A DNA stretch of 61,838 nucleotides, from the NCBI GenBank assembly GCA_045121315.1, contig JBGVFW010000305.1:1-61838 (forward strand). Reading direction: 5' to 3'. The notes under the pieces were generated by a model. The model was not told the DNA's origin and made no database searches. It saw nothing but the letters and a program-made list of their open reading frames with translations. Within the stretch, counting starts at the first letter, position 1; each line of letters opens with the position of its first letter. A program made the translations under genes and the position numbers. The stretch comes from Eubacteriales bacterium. Lineage in GTDB: Bacteria; Bacillota; Clostridia; Oscillospirales; CAG-272. Positions 29,950 through 39,847 of this stretch are shown one piece after another.

Positions 29950-30993
29950 TTATTCACCGATGTTGATGGAGTGAACTGTGGAGCAAGCGTTTGCGATAAC
30001 GTTATCTGTGGGAACGTAGATAGCGTCAACGCCTGCTTCGCTGAGAGCGATGAAAGCGGACTGGATATCGTTGATATCGCCGATGCCTTTTTCAACGTAT
30101 TCGATGCCGTTTGCGTCGCAGTAAGCCTTAGCCATGTTGATCTGGAAGATGGAGTTTGTTTCGGCAGATGTGTAGAGAAGACCGATCTTTACGTCTTTGG
30201 AGCCGAGAAGCTCTGTGATAAGTTCGATCTGTTTTTCAACGGGGTTGATATCGGAAACACCGCTTACGTTGCCGCCGGGAGCGCTCATGGAAGCAACAAG
30301 ACCTGCGTCAACGGGGTCTGTAACTGCGTTGAAGATTACGGGAATCTTGGATTCTTTCGTAGCTTCTGCAGCAGCCTGAGAAGAAGACGTTGCGATAGTG
30401 TAGATAAGGTCAACGTTTTTGTTTACGAAGTTTTCAGCGATAGTGATGTTGTTGGAAGCGTCGCCGCTGGCATTCTGGTTGTCGATAGCAACTGTTTTGC
30501 CTGCTGCGCTCATACGAACGGAAAGCTGGTCGATAAAGCCTTCGTTGCACTGGTCAAGGGCAACGTGCTGCATGAGCTGGAGGATACCTACCGTGAAGTC
30601 CGCACCGCTTGTAACTACTGCGGATTCAACGCGTGTTACTTTGTTGGCAGCTGCACCCGTTGCTTTGGAAGAAATGGATTCGGGAATAGCGAAACCGATA
30701 GCTTCGGCAACTGTTGTGTTTACGGAAAGTGTAGGGTTGGGGTCTGTCTGAACAGCCATTGCGCTAATATCTGCGCCGCCGAGAAGAACGTCGGCAGCCA
30801 TATCGCCGGCTTTAACGCCAAGGCTGTAATAGTCAACGCCGTATGTAGCAACGCCGCAGGAATCGTTCATACCTGTTTCGCCGCAAACGATCGGAATGTT
30901 GTAGCCTTCTTCAGAGCCGCAGGCCGCCAAAGAGAGCGTGCAAACGAGCAAAGCCGCTGCAAGAACAAAGCTGAGGATTTTTTTGAGTTTCAT
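29950..30993 (-). CDS. ABC importer substrate-binding lipoprotein (COG2984 / ABC_sub_bind-like)
   Basis: MKLKKILSFVLAAALLVCTLSLAAC lipobox. GGAG lies 10 nt before the ATG at 30993. An alternative ATG at 31038 also has an RBS. Confidence 0.85.
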   Translation of the reverse strand: MKLKKILSFVLAAALLVCTLSLAACGSEEGYNIPIVCGETGMNDSCGVATYGVDYYSLGVKAGDMAADVLLGGADISAMAVQTDPNPTLSVNTTVAEAIGFAIPESISSKATGAAANKVTRVESAVVTSGADFTVGILQLMQHVALDQCNEGFIDQLSVRMSAAGKTVAIDNQNASGDASNNITIAENFVNKNVDLIYTIATSSSQAAAEATKESKIPVIFNAVTDPVDAGLVASMSAPGGNVSGVSDINPVEKQIELITELLGSKDVKIGLLYTSAETNSIFQINMAKAYCDANGIEYVEKGIGDINDIQSAFIALSEAGVDAIYVPTDNVIANACSTVHSINIGE

Positions 30994-31072
30994 GATGTTT
31001 TTTCTCCTATATAAATTTTTATTTTTATAAATTTTCATCTATATCCACTCCTAAAAGCGCAGAACCCAAAAT

Positions 31073-31341
31073 CAAAAAAGTCCGTGCAAAAAAAATTTGC
31101 ACGGACGAATAGATCGTGGGACCACCCTGCTTCGCGGCATATTTACATATGACCGCCTCATAAAGCCATTAGCTTTTGCGATATAACGGTCGCACCCGCC
31201 GCAGCATACTCTTTCCCGAAAGGGAAATTTCCGTGCGAAGCTCGCAGAATGTATATCGTGACCTACTCGCCACCGTCTTGCACCAACCGACGTTTCTCTA
31301 TGCGCTTTCGGCGTCACGCCTCTTTCCGCTCTGACGCTTTT
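31073..31341 (-). promoter_or_regulatory. T-box riboswitch leader, specifier read as UAC (Tyr)
   Basis: Minus strand: stem I with AGAGAA bulge and GGTTGGTGCAA distal loop. Specifier loop AUAUACA has UAC at 31253-31251 followed by A. Stem II has an AGAGTA S-turn. T-box core CAGGGTGGTCCCACG at 31129-31115. Terminator GTCCGTGCA/TGCACGGAC plus TTTTTT at 31106-31073. Confidence 0.85.
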
Positions 31342-31385
31342 AAAAATGAATATACATGAATAAATATTTATAAATTGTAAGTCAT

Positions 31386-31414
31386 ATTATACATTCTGTT
31401 CACAAAAAAGTCAA
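31386..31414 (-). promoter_or_regulatory. Sigma-70-type promoter for the T-box/ABC importer operon
   Basis: Minus strand: TTGACT, 17 nt, TATAAT. The -35 begins 6 nt after the rlmA stop codon. Confidence 0.75.
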
Positions 31415-31420
31415 TACTTT

Positions 31421-32260
31421 TTACTTTTTCTTGTACATAAATAATTCCACGTCAACTTTTGTGGAAAGTGACGAAAGAGCATCGAGTTTCGCCTTATCTT
31501 TTGCGGAAGTACGATAATAATACGGCGTCATGGCGAAAAGGTTTGCTATGTCCGCTTGGCTTTCAAGCAGAATATCGTATGTAAGAGTCCTCTCCTCCAA
31601 AAGTTCAAAGCGTTCGCGTGGCAGATCACGTCTGCCCTCGTTTTCATACGCAGAATCATATACGGCGCGTTTGAGGTCTATAAGATGCTCTTTTCCCGCA
31701 CCTGCGAGCAAAAGCACGCCTCCGTCGCGCAGAACGCGTGCGTATTCTTCCTCCGCACACGGCGCAAATATCGTCGTCACCACGTCCATACTACCTGTAA
31801 GCACAGGAAGTGCAAAAACGCTCGCCACGCCGAAGAAAGCGTTGGAGTTTCCCTCGCGCTTCGCTACCTTCGCCGCGATGTTCACGCCCGCCTTGGAAAG
31901 GTCGAAACCATAAACCGTGCGTTCCATTGCCATTCTGCGCGAATAATATCCTTCGCCGCATCCGGCGTCAAGAACGCGTGCGCCCGCGGATGTATATTTA
32001 CCCAGCATATTATTTATTTCGTCGGATATTTTTTCATAATATCCTTTCGAAAGAAACGCATTTCTCGCACCGATGCACTCGCCGTTGTCGCCGCCCGCCG
32101 CGCGGGAAGTGAAAAGGTTTAAGTAGCCACCCGCCGCGAAATCGAAAAGGTGACGGCGCGCGCCCGTGCAGGCGGCGCTCCTGCCGTCCTCCGTAAGTAA
32201 AAGCGGCTCGCCGCAAACGGGGCAGGCGAGCGCGTTTTCTATAATTTTCCTGTTTTCCAT
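31421..32260 (-). CDS. rlmA: 23S rRNA (guanine-N1)-methyltransferase RlmA family
   Basis: N-terminal CPVCGEPL zinc ribbon and SAM motif VLDAGCGEGYY. Confidence 0.8.
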   Translation of the reverse strand: MENRKIIENALACPVCGEPLLLTEDGRSAACTGARRHLFDFAAGGYLNLFTSRAAGGDNGECIGARNAFLSKGYYEKISDEINNMLGKYTSAGARVLDAGCGEGYYSRRMAMERTVYGFDLSKAGVNIAAKVAKREGNSNAFFGVASVFALPVLTGSMDVVTTIFAPCAEEEYARVLRDGGVLLLAGAGKEHLIDLKRAVYDSAYENEGRRDLPRERFELLEERTLTYDILLESQADIANLFAMTPYYYRTSAKDKAKLDALSSLSTKVDVELFMYKKK

Positions 32261-32264
32261 ACCG

Positions 32265-33089
32265 TTAAATCTCTACGGGCACAAATTTGCCGCCTTTGAG
32301 CATATACGCATGGTCAAAGCCGCATTTTTTTGCGATCTCTATGGATTCATCGAAGAAATATCCCATGTTTTCGACCTTGTGCGCGTCGCTGGAAAACGTT
32401 ATCTTTCCGCCCATTTCGTAGAGAGAATTGAGCAGGAATTCAGCGGGGTACGGAGCCGTGCGGTATCCGCGGGAGATAGCGCCCGTGTTGATCTCGATTA
32501 TCTTTCCCGCATTAGTGAGGCGTTCCATCGCAACAAGTGCGGGCATAATGTAGCGCGGGTGCGTTTCGCTGAAATATTTTTCGCCTTCGTTGAATTTGGC
32601 AACGAGGTCAAAGTGAGCTATAACATCAACCTCGGGAATATCCGCAAGGCGTGCGAGAGAGCCAAAATATTTTTTGCAGTACGCGTAAGCGTCGCCGCGG
32701 AAATATTTTTCTATAGTTTCGACTGTTACGGATTCAAGGTGGTCAACGCCGCGTTTTTCTTCGCCGACATCAACGTAATGGCATGCGCCAAGAACGTAGT
32801 CATATTTTTCGAGCTGTTCTTCTTCAAGGTTGGAAAATACGTCAAATTCCGTGCCCATGTATATTTCTAGCTTGCCTGCGTATTTTTCTTTGAGCGCGGG
32901 CATAGTGGCAAAATACTGTTCGCGTCTGTCGCGGGGCATACAGAAAGAATCGTCAAATTCCGTAAAGCTGTGCTCGGAAAAGCCGATAGATGTGTAGCCC
33001 TGTTTTACTGCCGCTTCCGCATATTCCTCTGCGGAAGCCTTGCCGTCGCTGAAAAGCGAATGCATATGAAGGTTTGATTTAAAGCTCAT
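32265..33089 (-). CDS. hisK: Histidinol-phosphatase, PHP family
   Basis: HMHS.FSDG...GFSEH...H.D PHP metal motifs. Located in the his operon. Confidence 0.85.
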   Translation of the reverse strand: MSFKSNLHMHSLFSDGKASAEEYAEAAVKQGYTSIGFSEHSFTEFDDSFCMPRDRREQYFATMPALKEKYAGKLEIYMGTEFDVFSNLEEEQLEKYDYVLGACHYVDVGEEKRGVDHLESVTVETIEKYFRGDAYAYCKKYFGSLARLADIPEVDVIAHFDLVAKFNEGEKYFSETHPRYIMPALVAMERLTNAGKIIEINTGAISRGYRTAPYPAEFLLNSLYEMGGKITFSSDAHKVENMGYFFDESIEIAKKCGFDHAYMLKGGKFVPVEI

Positions 33090-33736
33090 TTCGTCATTTT
33101 CTCCTGTTTAACTTTATGGTCGATAACGTGGCGGGAAGCAAGTTCGTCTATAATATCCTTGGAGGAGATGCCCATTTCTATCATGAGCACCATAACGTGG
33201 TACATAAGGTCTGCGATCTCATAAATTGTTTCCTTTTTATCGTTGCCCTTGCCCGCAACGATAACCTCCGTTGATTCTTCTCCGACTTTTTTAAGTATCT
33301 TGTCAATACCCTTTTGGAAGAGGTAAGTTGTGTAAGAGCCTTCCTGCGGATTCGTCTTTCTGCCCTCGATGAGCTTTATAAGACCCTCCGTTGTGAAGTC
33401 GTTGAAGCCTTCTGCCGCGAAAATTTCGTCATTGAAGCAGGATTCCGTGCCGAGATGGCAGGCAGGGCCTTCTTTTTTAACGATAACTACAAGCGCATCG
33501 CCGTCGCAGTCCGCTTTTATTTCCATAACGTGCTGAATATTGCCGCTTTCTTCGCCTTTTCTCCAAAGTTTTTGGCGGGAGCGCGACCAAAAGCACGTTC
33601 TGCCCTCTTTCATAGTGATCTCAAGGCTTTCTTTGTTCATATACGCAAGAGTGAGCACCTCTCGTGTGTAAAAATCTTCGACAATAGCGGGAATAAGACC
33701 GTTTTCGTCAAATTTGAGTTTGGATATATCTATCAT
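33086..33736 (-). CDS. hisI: Bifunctional phosphoribosyl-AMP cyclohydrolase / phosphoribosyl-ATP pyrophosphatase
   Basis: HisI motif ([18 protein letters not shown]...DCDGDAL) joined to a HisE C-terminal half. Confidence 0.95.
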   Translation of the reverse strand: MIDISKLKFDENGLIPAIVEDFYTREVLTLAYMNKESLEITMKEGRTCFWSRSRQKLWRKGEESGNIQHVMEIKADCDGDALVVIVKKEGPACHLGTESCFNDEIFAAEGFNDFTTEGLIKLIEGRKTNPQEGSYTTYLFQKGIDKILKKVGEESTEVIVAGKGNDKKETIYEIADLMYHVMVLMIEMGISSKDIIDELASRHVIDHKVKQEKMTK

Positions 33737-33775
33737 TTTAAATTTCTCCTGTAAAATTCCTTGGGTTACACAGCG

Positions 33776-33812
33776 GTAGGGACCGGCGTCCCCGATGGTC
33801 CGCAGCCCTTTG
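33776..33812. repeat. REP-like GTAG element variant in the hisF-hisIE spacer
   Basis: GTAGGGACCGGCGTCCCCGATGGTCCGCAGCCC, with a GGACC/GGTCC stem. Confidence 0.45.
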
Positions 33813-33822
33813 CCGTATTCTA

Positions 33823-34581
33823 TTATATTCTGACGTTTATTCCTTCGCTCGCCAGCGTCTTTTTAAGGTCTGATATCTCAACTTCACCAAAATGGAAGAT
33901 AGACGCGGCAAGACCTGCGGATATTGTGGGAACTTTTCTGAAAAGTTCCGTAAAATCTTCTTTTTTGCCCGCGCCGCCGGAAGCGATAACGGGAACGTTT
34001 ACCACGTCACACACAGCGGAAAGCATATCAAGGTCAAAGCCTTTCTTCACACCGTCTGTGTCTATACTGTTGACAACTATTTCGCCCGCGCCGCGTTCCA
34101 CGCCCGCGCGGATCCATTCGATAGCCTCGATACCGGTGTTTTCTCTGCCGCCGCGCGCAAACACGGTGTATTTTCCGTCCACAAGGGAAATGTCCGCCGA
34201 AAGCACGACGCATTGGCTACCGTAGCGCTTTGCCGCTTCCTCTATGATGTTAGGGTTGCGTATTGCGCCGGAGTTTACGCTTACCTTGTCCGCGCCGCTT
34301 GAAAGGACTCTTTCAAAGTCCGCAAGCGTATTTATACCACCGCCGACCGTGAGAGGAATGAACACGGTCTTCGCCGTTTCGCGCAGGATATCGGTAAAGA
34401 TGCCGCGTCCCTCGGCAGAAGCTGTTATATCGTAGAAAACGAGCTCGTCTGCGCCGCTTCTGCTGTAATAGTCGGCAAGCGTCACAGGGGAGGAAACGTC
34501 CGAAAGTCCCTGAAATTTTACGCCTTTCACAACTCTGCCGTCCTTAACGTCAAGGCAGGGGATAATTCTCTTTGTAATCAT
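33823..34581 (-). CDS. hisF: Imidazole glycerol phosphate synthase cyclase subunit
   Basis: [14 protein letters not shown]...GADE..F.DI motifs. Confidence 0.96.
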   Translation of the reverse strand: MITKRIIPCLDVKDGRVVKGVKFQGLSDVSSPVTLADYYSRSGADELVFYDITASAEGRGIFTDILRETAKTVFIPLTVGGGINTLADFERVLSSGADKVSVNSGAIRNPNIIEEAAKRYGSQCVVLSADISLVDGKYTVFARGGRENTGIEAIEWIRAGVERGAGEIVVNSIDTDGVKKGFDLDMLSAVCDVVNVPVIASGGAGKKEDFTELFRKVPTISAGLAASIFHFGEVEISDLKKTLASEGINVRI

Positions 34582-35294
34582 ATCTGTTCCGCCTTTACCG
34601 CTTCGGCAAGGTCAATGTTGCCGTTATATATCGCTTTTCCGAGTATCGCACCAAACATCTTCATCTTCGCAAGCTCTAAAACCTCGTCTACCGTCGTAAT
34701 GCCGCCGGATGCGATAATGTTTATACCAAATTTTTCGGAAAGGCTCTTGTAAAGCTCCATGTTCGTACCCATGAGAGCGCCGTCACGCGAGACGTCCGTG
34801 CAAATGACCGTAGAAACGCCCATCTCTTCCATCATGCGGAAAAAGGTGTTCACGTCCGTTCCCGTCTTTTTCGTCCAACCGTGCGTTGCTATTTCGCCGT
34901 CCTTAATATCTGCTCCCACCGCGATGTGTGCACCGTATTTTTTCGCCATTTCCTCCGCAAACGAGGGATTTTCCGCCGCTACCGTGCCGAGTATCACACG
35001 TTCCGCGCCCATATCGAGGTAATTGTAAACTCTTTTTTCGTCGCGTATGCCGCCACCGACTTCAACCGAAAGACCGGATTCCGAGATAAGTCTTTTTATC
35101 ATATCAAAATTATCCGTATTGCCCGAAAGCGCGCCGTCAAGGTCAACAACGTGCAGGTTTTTCGCTCCTTTTTCCGCAAAGGAAAGAGCCACTTCAACAG
35201 GGTTTTCTCCATAGACGGTCATATTATCATATTCTCCGCGAAGAAGGCGAACCGCCTTGCCGCCGCGAAGGTCTATTGCAGGAAGTATTATCAT
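34578..35294 (-). CDS. hisA: ProFAR isomerase
   Basis: ILPAIDL..GK.VRL..G pattern. 4-nt overlap with hisF. Confidence 0.95.
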   Translation of the reverse strand: MIILPAIDLRGGKAVRLLRGEYDNMTVYGENPVEVALSFAEKGAKNLHVVDLDGALSGNTDNFDMIKRLISESGLSVEVGGGIRDEKRVYNYLDMGAERVILGTVAAENPSFAEEMAKKYGAHIAVGADIKDGEIATHGWTKKTGTDVNTFFRMMEEMGVSTVICTDVSRDGALMGTNMELYKSLSEKFGINIIASGGITTVDEVLELAKMKMFGAILGKAIYNGNIDLAEAVKAEQI

Positions 35295-35297
35295 GCT

Positions 35298-35912
35298 TTA
35301 CTCTCCTTTCATTTCGCAGAACGCGCGCAAGATAGCAAGTCCCACGTCGCCGCTTTTTTCGGGGTGGAACTGCACGCCCCAAACGTTGCCGTTTCTAACG
35401 GCGGCGGTAAGCCGCGCACCGTATTCCGTCGTCGCAATAACGCTCTTTTCGCAATCCGCGCCGTAGAACGAGTGAACAAAATAAACGAAATCGCCTTTTT
35501 TGATGTATTTGAAAAGCTCGTTTTCTTCGAAATCGAGCGCGTTCCAACCGATGTGCGGAACGGCATAGTCTTTCGGGATAACGTCCGTTATCGGTCTTAT
35601 GCTGCCCTTTACAAGCCCAAGACCTTCGTATTCTCCGAATTCAAAGCTTTTTTCGAAAAGAAGCTGCATACCGAGGCAAATGCCAAGCATAGGCTTGCCT
35701 TTTTTCACCTCATTCATCAGAGCTTCTTCCATTCCCGATGCACGCAGTTTTTCTCGCGCATCGCCGAAAGCGCCAACGCCCGGCAAAATTATGCGCTCGC
35801 ACTCGGTAAGCTTTTCGGGGGCGCGTATAAGCTCTGCTTGAAAACCTATTTTATCAAACGACGAGCAGAGGGAAAAGATGTTTCCCACGCCGTAATCAAC
35901 AATTCCAATCAT
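35298..35912 (-). CDS. hisH: Imidazole glycerol phosphate synthase glutaminase subunit
   Basis: ILPGVGAFG...GICLGMQLL...FHPEKS triad motifs. Confidence 0.95.
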   Translation of the reverse strand: MIGIVDYGVGNIFSLCSSFDKIGFQAELIRAPEKLTECERIILPGVGAFGDAREKLRASGMEEALMNEVKKGKPMLGICLGMQLLFEKSFEFGEYEGLGLVKGSIRPITDVIPKDYAVPHIGWNALDFEENELFKYIKKGDFVYFVHSFYGADCEKSVIATTEYGARLTAAVRNGNVWGVQFHPEKSGDVGLAILRAFCEMKGE

Positions 35913-36285
35913 ATTTTTTTCGCTTTCTTGAAAGAAACGGGAGTTTCTTTCAATTTTTCAATTCAACTTTTTCTTAATTTATAAAGAAAGAGGGGTTAAA
36001 ACGCTTTGCGTTTTTACAAAATAATTTATTATACTCACTTTTTCTTTTTGAAAGAAAAAGTGACAAAAAGAAGCAAAAAGCCCTTCGCTTTATCCGCTTG
36101 TGCGGACTTTAAGCAAAAATTCTTTCAGCTCCCCGCGCAGTTTTCACTCGCGAGCTCGCAAAAACTACTCGGAACCACGCTGAATAGTACCGACTTCAAT
36201 GTTCAGGCTGAAAACGCGAGAGGACTTATATCAAAATCTTCGTTTTTTCATCACGCGCCTTCAGTAAAATCAGAGGTAATTTATC
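35913..36285. repeat. Mosaic intergenic repeat, copy A, filling the hisB-hisH spacer
   Basis: The core at 36036-36276 aligns with 48495-48727. It includes the 12-bp hairpin CACTTTTTCTTT-TTG-AAAGAAAAAGTG. Confidence 0.7.
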
Positions 36286-36873
36286 TTACAAAACCCCTTT
36301 GGAGGAAGGAATCTTGTCGCTTCCCGTTTTCGCCGCTGCTTTACGGAGCGCTCGAGCCGTCGCTTTAAACGCCGCCTCTATCTTGTGATGCGTATTTTCG
36401 CCATAGAACGCCTTTATATGGAGCGTAACGCCACTTCTGCGCACAAACGCCGCGAAAAATTCCTTTACAAGCTCCGTGTCGAAATCTCCAACCTTTTGAG
36501 TGAGCTCTCCGAGGTCAAAAGCAAGTACGTTTCTGCCCGAAACGTCTACTGCGGCAAGCACGAGAGTTTCGTCCATGGGAAGCGTGATATCGCCGTATCT
36601 TGCAATACCGCGGCAATCGCCGAGAGCTTCTTTAAACGCATCTCCAAGGCAAATGCCAATGTCCTCAGCGGAATGGTGGTAGTCAACTTCCACGTCGCCC
36701 ACACATTTAACGGAGAGGTCAAAGCCGCCGTGAACGGCGAAAAGCGTCAGCATATGGTTAAGAAAGCCGCAGCCCGTGTCAATTTCGTTTTTTCCGTCAC
36801 CGTAGAGAGAAAAAGAAAGGTTTATGTCCGTTTCCGCAGTCTTTCTTGCAATATTAACAGTATTTTCAGCCAT
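36286..36873 (-). CDS. hisB: Imidazoleglycerol-phosphate dehydratase (monofunctional)
   Basis: TGCGFLNHML...DYHH..ED..I.LG motifs. Confidence 0.95.
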   Translation of the reverse strand: MAENTVNIARKTAETDINLSFSLYGDGKNEIDTGCGFLNHMLTLFAVHGGFDLSVKCVGDVEVDYHHSAEDIGICLGDAFKEALGDCRGIARYGDITLPMDETLVLAAVDVSGRNVLAFDLGELTQKVGDFDTELVKEFFAAFVRRSGVTLHIKAFYGENTHHKIEAAFKATARALRKAAAKTGSDKIPSSKGVL

Positions 36874-36885
36874 GTCTTCCCTCCG

Positions 36886-37938
36886 TTAAATTATCTCGTC
36901 AAGTTTTTCAAGCAGCGTGTCCATCTGCGCCTTCGTACCGATAGTGATACGCAAATAATCTTTTATTCTTTCTTTTCCGAAATGGCGGATAAGAACGCCG
37001 CGTTTTTTAAGTTCAAGATACATTTCTTCACCGCTCTTTCCCTCTTTCTTTGCGAAAACGAAGTTCGCGCACGAAGGAAGAACCGTGAAACCGCGACGGC
37101 GAAGTTCCGAAACCGTGTATTCGCGGTTTTCGATTATAGTCTGCACGTTTTTACGGAAATACGCGTCGTCCTCTATGCTTGCCTTGCCGGCAAGGAGCGT
37201 GAGTCTGTTTATGTTGTAGGGGTTGAGCGAATATTTTATCCTGTTCATATCCGCGATAAGCCCCTCGCTTGCGATGGCAAAGCCAAGGCGCGCGCCCGCG
37301 AGCGAGCGGGATTTAGAAAACGTTTGGCAAACGATGAGGTTATCGTATTTATGTACAAGCTCCACTGCGCTTTCGCCGCCGAAATCAACATACGCTTCGT
37401 CTATGAGCACCACGTTGTTTTGGTTGGAAGCGACAATCTTCTCTATGTCGCTTACGGGCAGAGCCATGCCCGTGGGGGCATTGGGGTTTGCGATGATAAC
37501 CGTCTTGCCCGCGTTAATATAATCGTTTATGTCAATAGAAAAATCTTCTTTGAGCGGAGCGACCGTAGACTCCGTACCGACAAGCTCGGCATACACGGGG
37601 TAAAAGCCGTAGCTTATATCGGGATAAACGCATTTCGCGCCCGCGCCAAACGCGAAGAAAGCGAAAGCTAAAATTTCGTCGGAGCCGTTGCCCAAAAGTA
37701 CGTTTTCTCTCTTAAACCCGAAGTGCTTCGCAATAGCGTCGCGCAGTTCTTTACCCTCGGGGTCTGAATAGAGCTTGAGTTTTTCGACTTCTTCCCCGCT
37801 TATCGCCTTTTTTACTTCTGGCGAGGGCGGAAAAGGAGATTCGTTTGTATTGAGTTTTACATATTCCATGTCCTGCGGCTGTTCACCGGGGGTGTACGCA
37901 TCAAGAGAGGCGTAACGTGAAACCATATAGCTTTTCAT
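36886..37938 (-). CDS. hisC: Histidinol-phosphate aminotransferase
   Basis: LNTNESP...NPNAPTG...TFSKS..LAG.R.G motifs. Confidence 0.94.
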   Translation of the reverse strand: MKSYMVSRYASLDAYTPGEQPQDMEYVKLNTNESPFPPSPEVKKAISGEEVEKLKLYSDPEGKELRDAIAKHFGFKRENVLLGNGSDEILAFAFFAFGAGAKCVYPDISYGFYPVYAELVGTESTVAPLKEDFSIDINDYINAGKTVIIANPNAPTGMALPVSDIEKIVASNQNNVVLIDEAYVDFGGESAVELVHKYDNLIVCQTFSKSRSLAGARLGFAIASEGLIADMNRIKYSLNPYNINRLTLLAGKASIEDDAYFRKNVQTIIENREYTVSELRRRGFTVLPSCANFVFAKKEGKSGEEMYLELKKRGVLIRHFGKERIKDYLRITIGTKAQMDTLLEKLDEII

Positions 37939-39218
37939 TTTACGTCTTCCTCTTCAAAGCGAATAGTCGCGCTCTTTGCGTGAGCGTGCAAGCCCTCGTG
38001 TTTTGCAAAGCAGTCTATCTTGCCCGCAACCTTGCCGAGCGCTTCCGTCGTGTAATAGATGAAAGAGGATTTCTTTATAAAATCGTCCACGGAAAGGGGG
38101 CTTGAAAAACGAGCCGTGCCGGATGTGGGAAGTGTGTGGTTGGGTCCCGCGAAGTAATCTCCCAAAGCTTCGGGGCAGTTTCTGCCGAGGAATATGGAGC
38201 CCGCGTTCTTTATCTTGGAAAGAAGGTCGAACGGAGAGTCTACGCAAACTTCAAGGTGTTCGGGAGCGATCTCATTCGCCGTTTCTATAACGTTGTCAAG
38301 GCTTTCGCGCACAATTATCTTGCTTGCATTGTCAATGGACGCACGCGCAATTTCCGCTCTGGGAAGAAGCGGAATCTGTTTTTCAAGCTCCTCACTTACT
38401 TTTTCGGCAAGTTCTGCGCTGTCTGTTACGAGTACAGCCGTCGCAAGCTTATCGTGTTCTGCCTGAGAGAGCATATCCGCCGCAACGAAACGGGGGTTCG
38501 CCTTGCCGTCTGCGATAATGAGTATTTCGGAAGGACCCGCTACCATATCTATGCCAACGACGCCGAATACCTGACGTTTTGCTTCTGCTACGAAAACGTT
38601 GCCGGGACCGACGATCTTATCTACCTTGCCCACAGTTTCCGTGCCATATGCGAGGGCCGCAACAGCGCCCGCGCCGCCTATCTTATATATCTTGTCCACG
38701 CCCGCAAGACGCGCCGCAACAAGTATAGCGGGGCTTACAACGCCGTTTTTCGCGGGAGTTGTGATAACTATTTCGGAACAGCCCGCTATCTTTGCGGGGA
38801 TAGCGTCCATGAGGACTGTGGAGGGGTAGCTTGCCGTGCCGCCGGGAACATAAAGACCTACTTTTTCAATGGGTGTGATCTTTTGACCGAGCACAACGCC
38901 CTCTTTTTCATTTATGATAAATCCGTTTCTTACCTGTTTTTCATGGAAAGCGCGTATATTATCGCGCGCTTCCGCCATAGCTTCGATAAGCTCTGTCGGG
39001 ACTTTTGTAAATGCCTCGTCTATTTCCTCTTTGGAAACAAGCAAGGATTCGGGCGCGCCGCCGTCGAACTTTTCGCAGTATTCGCGCAGCGCTTTGTCGC
39101 CGTTTTTACGCACGTTTTCGATAATATCTTTTACTATCGAGGAAGCGTCGAACGTTTCAACGTCGCGCGACATGATTTCTTCTGTTGAAAGTGAAGAGTC
39201 TTTATAAATCTTTATCAT
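37935..39218 (-). CDS. hisD: Histidinol dehydrogenase
   Basis: YVPGG.A.YPS...GPGN.FV..AK...AGPSE...QAEHD motifs. Confidence 0.96.
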   Translation of the reverse strand: MIKIYKDSSLSTEEIMSRDVETFDASSIVKDIIENVRKNGDKALREYCEKFDGGAPESLLVSKEEIDEAFTKVPTELIEAMAEARDNIRAFHEKQVRNGFIINEKEGVVLGQKITPIEKVGLYVPGGTASYPSTVLMDAIPAKIAGCSEIVITTPAKNGVVSPAILVAARLAGVDKIYKIGGAGAVAALAYGTETVGKVDKIVGPGNVFVAEAKRQVFGVVGIDMVAGPSEILIIADGKANPRFVAADMLSQAEHDKLATAVLVTDSAELAEKVSEELEKQIPLLPRAEIARASIDNASKIIVRESLDNVIETANEIAPEHLEVCVDSPFDLLSKIKNAGSIFLGRNCPEALGDYFAGPNHTLPTSGTARFSSPLSVDDFIKKSSFIYYTTEALGKVAGKIDCFAKHEGLHAHAKSATIRFEEEDVK

Positions 39219-39847
39219 TTTTCATCCCTCCGCGAAAGTTCGCGTTTTAAAATTTCGATCTTATCCGCTTTGAAACGGAAGCTTGCCTTGTTTGCGATAA
39301 GATGCGCGGAAATAGGCAAAATTTCCGTTATAACGTCGAGGTCGTTTTCTTTGAGCGTCGTACCCGTTTCAACGATATCCACGATAACGTCCGTCATGCC
39401 GAGTATAGGCGCAAGCTCTATTGAGCCGTTGAGCTTGAATATTTCAATGTTTCTGCCCTGAGAAGCATAGTAGTTTTTTGTGATGTTTACAAATTTCGTT
39501 GCAACCTTGAGCGAGCGGTCGAGCGTGTCGTGAAAATCTCTCTTGCCCGCAACCGCCACGCGGCATTTGCCGATGCCGAGGTCGCAAAGGTCAAAAACGT
39601 CGGGCTCGTACTCAAGCAAAATATCTTTGCCCACAACGCCAACGTCAGCCGCACCGTGTTCAACGTAAATTGCAACGTCGGAGGGTTTTACCCAGAAGAA
39701 TCGCACACCGCGTTCTTCGTTTTCAAAAATGAGCTTGCGGTTGTTTTCGAGAATAGAGGGGCATTCAAAACCCGCGTCCGCAAACATCTTATACGCTTTT
39801 TCGCCAAGTCTGCCCTTGGGGAGCGCTACGTTGAGCATATCTTTCAT
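39215..39847 (-). CDS. hisG: ATP phosphoribosyltransferase, short form
   Basis: LPKGRL...D...V..G..D.G..G motifs. 210 aa. Overlaps both hisD and hisZ. Confidence 0.94.
   Translation of the reverse strand: MKDMLNVALPKGRLGEKAYKMFADAGFECPSILENNRKLIFENEERGVRFFWVKPSDVAIYVEHGAADVGVVGKDILLEYEPDVFDLCDLGIGKCRVAVAGKRDFHDTLDRSLKVATKFVNITKNYYASQGRNIEIFKLNGSIELAPILGMTDVIVDIVETGTTLKENDLDVITEILPISAHLIANKASFRFKADKIEILKRELSRRDEK

Noticed and set aside
30994-31038. Longer start (ATG at 31038, MKIYKNKNLYRRKNI...) for the binding lipoprotein.
   Set aside because: Both ATGs have an SD. The shorter form gives a canonical lipoprotein signal peptide (MKLKK + hydrophobic + LAAC), so it is preferred, but the longer form is not excluded.
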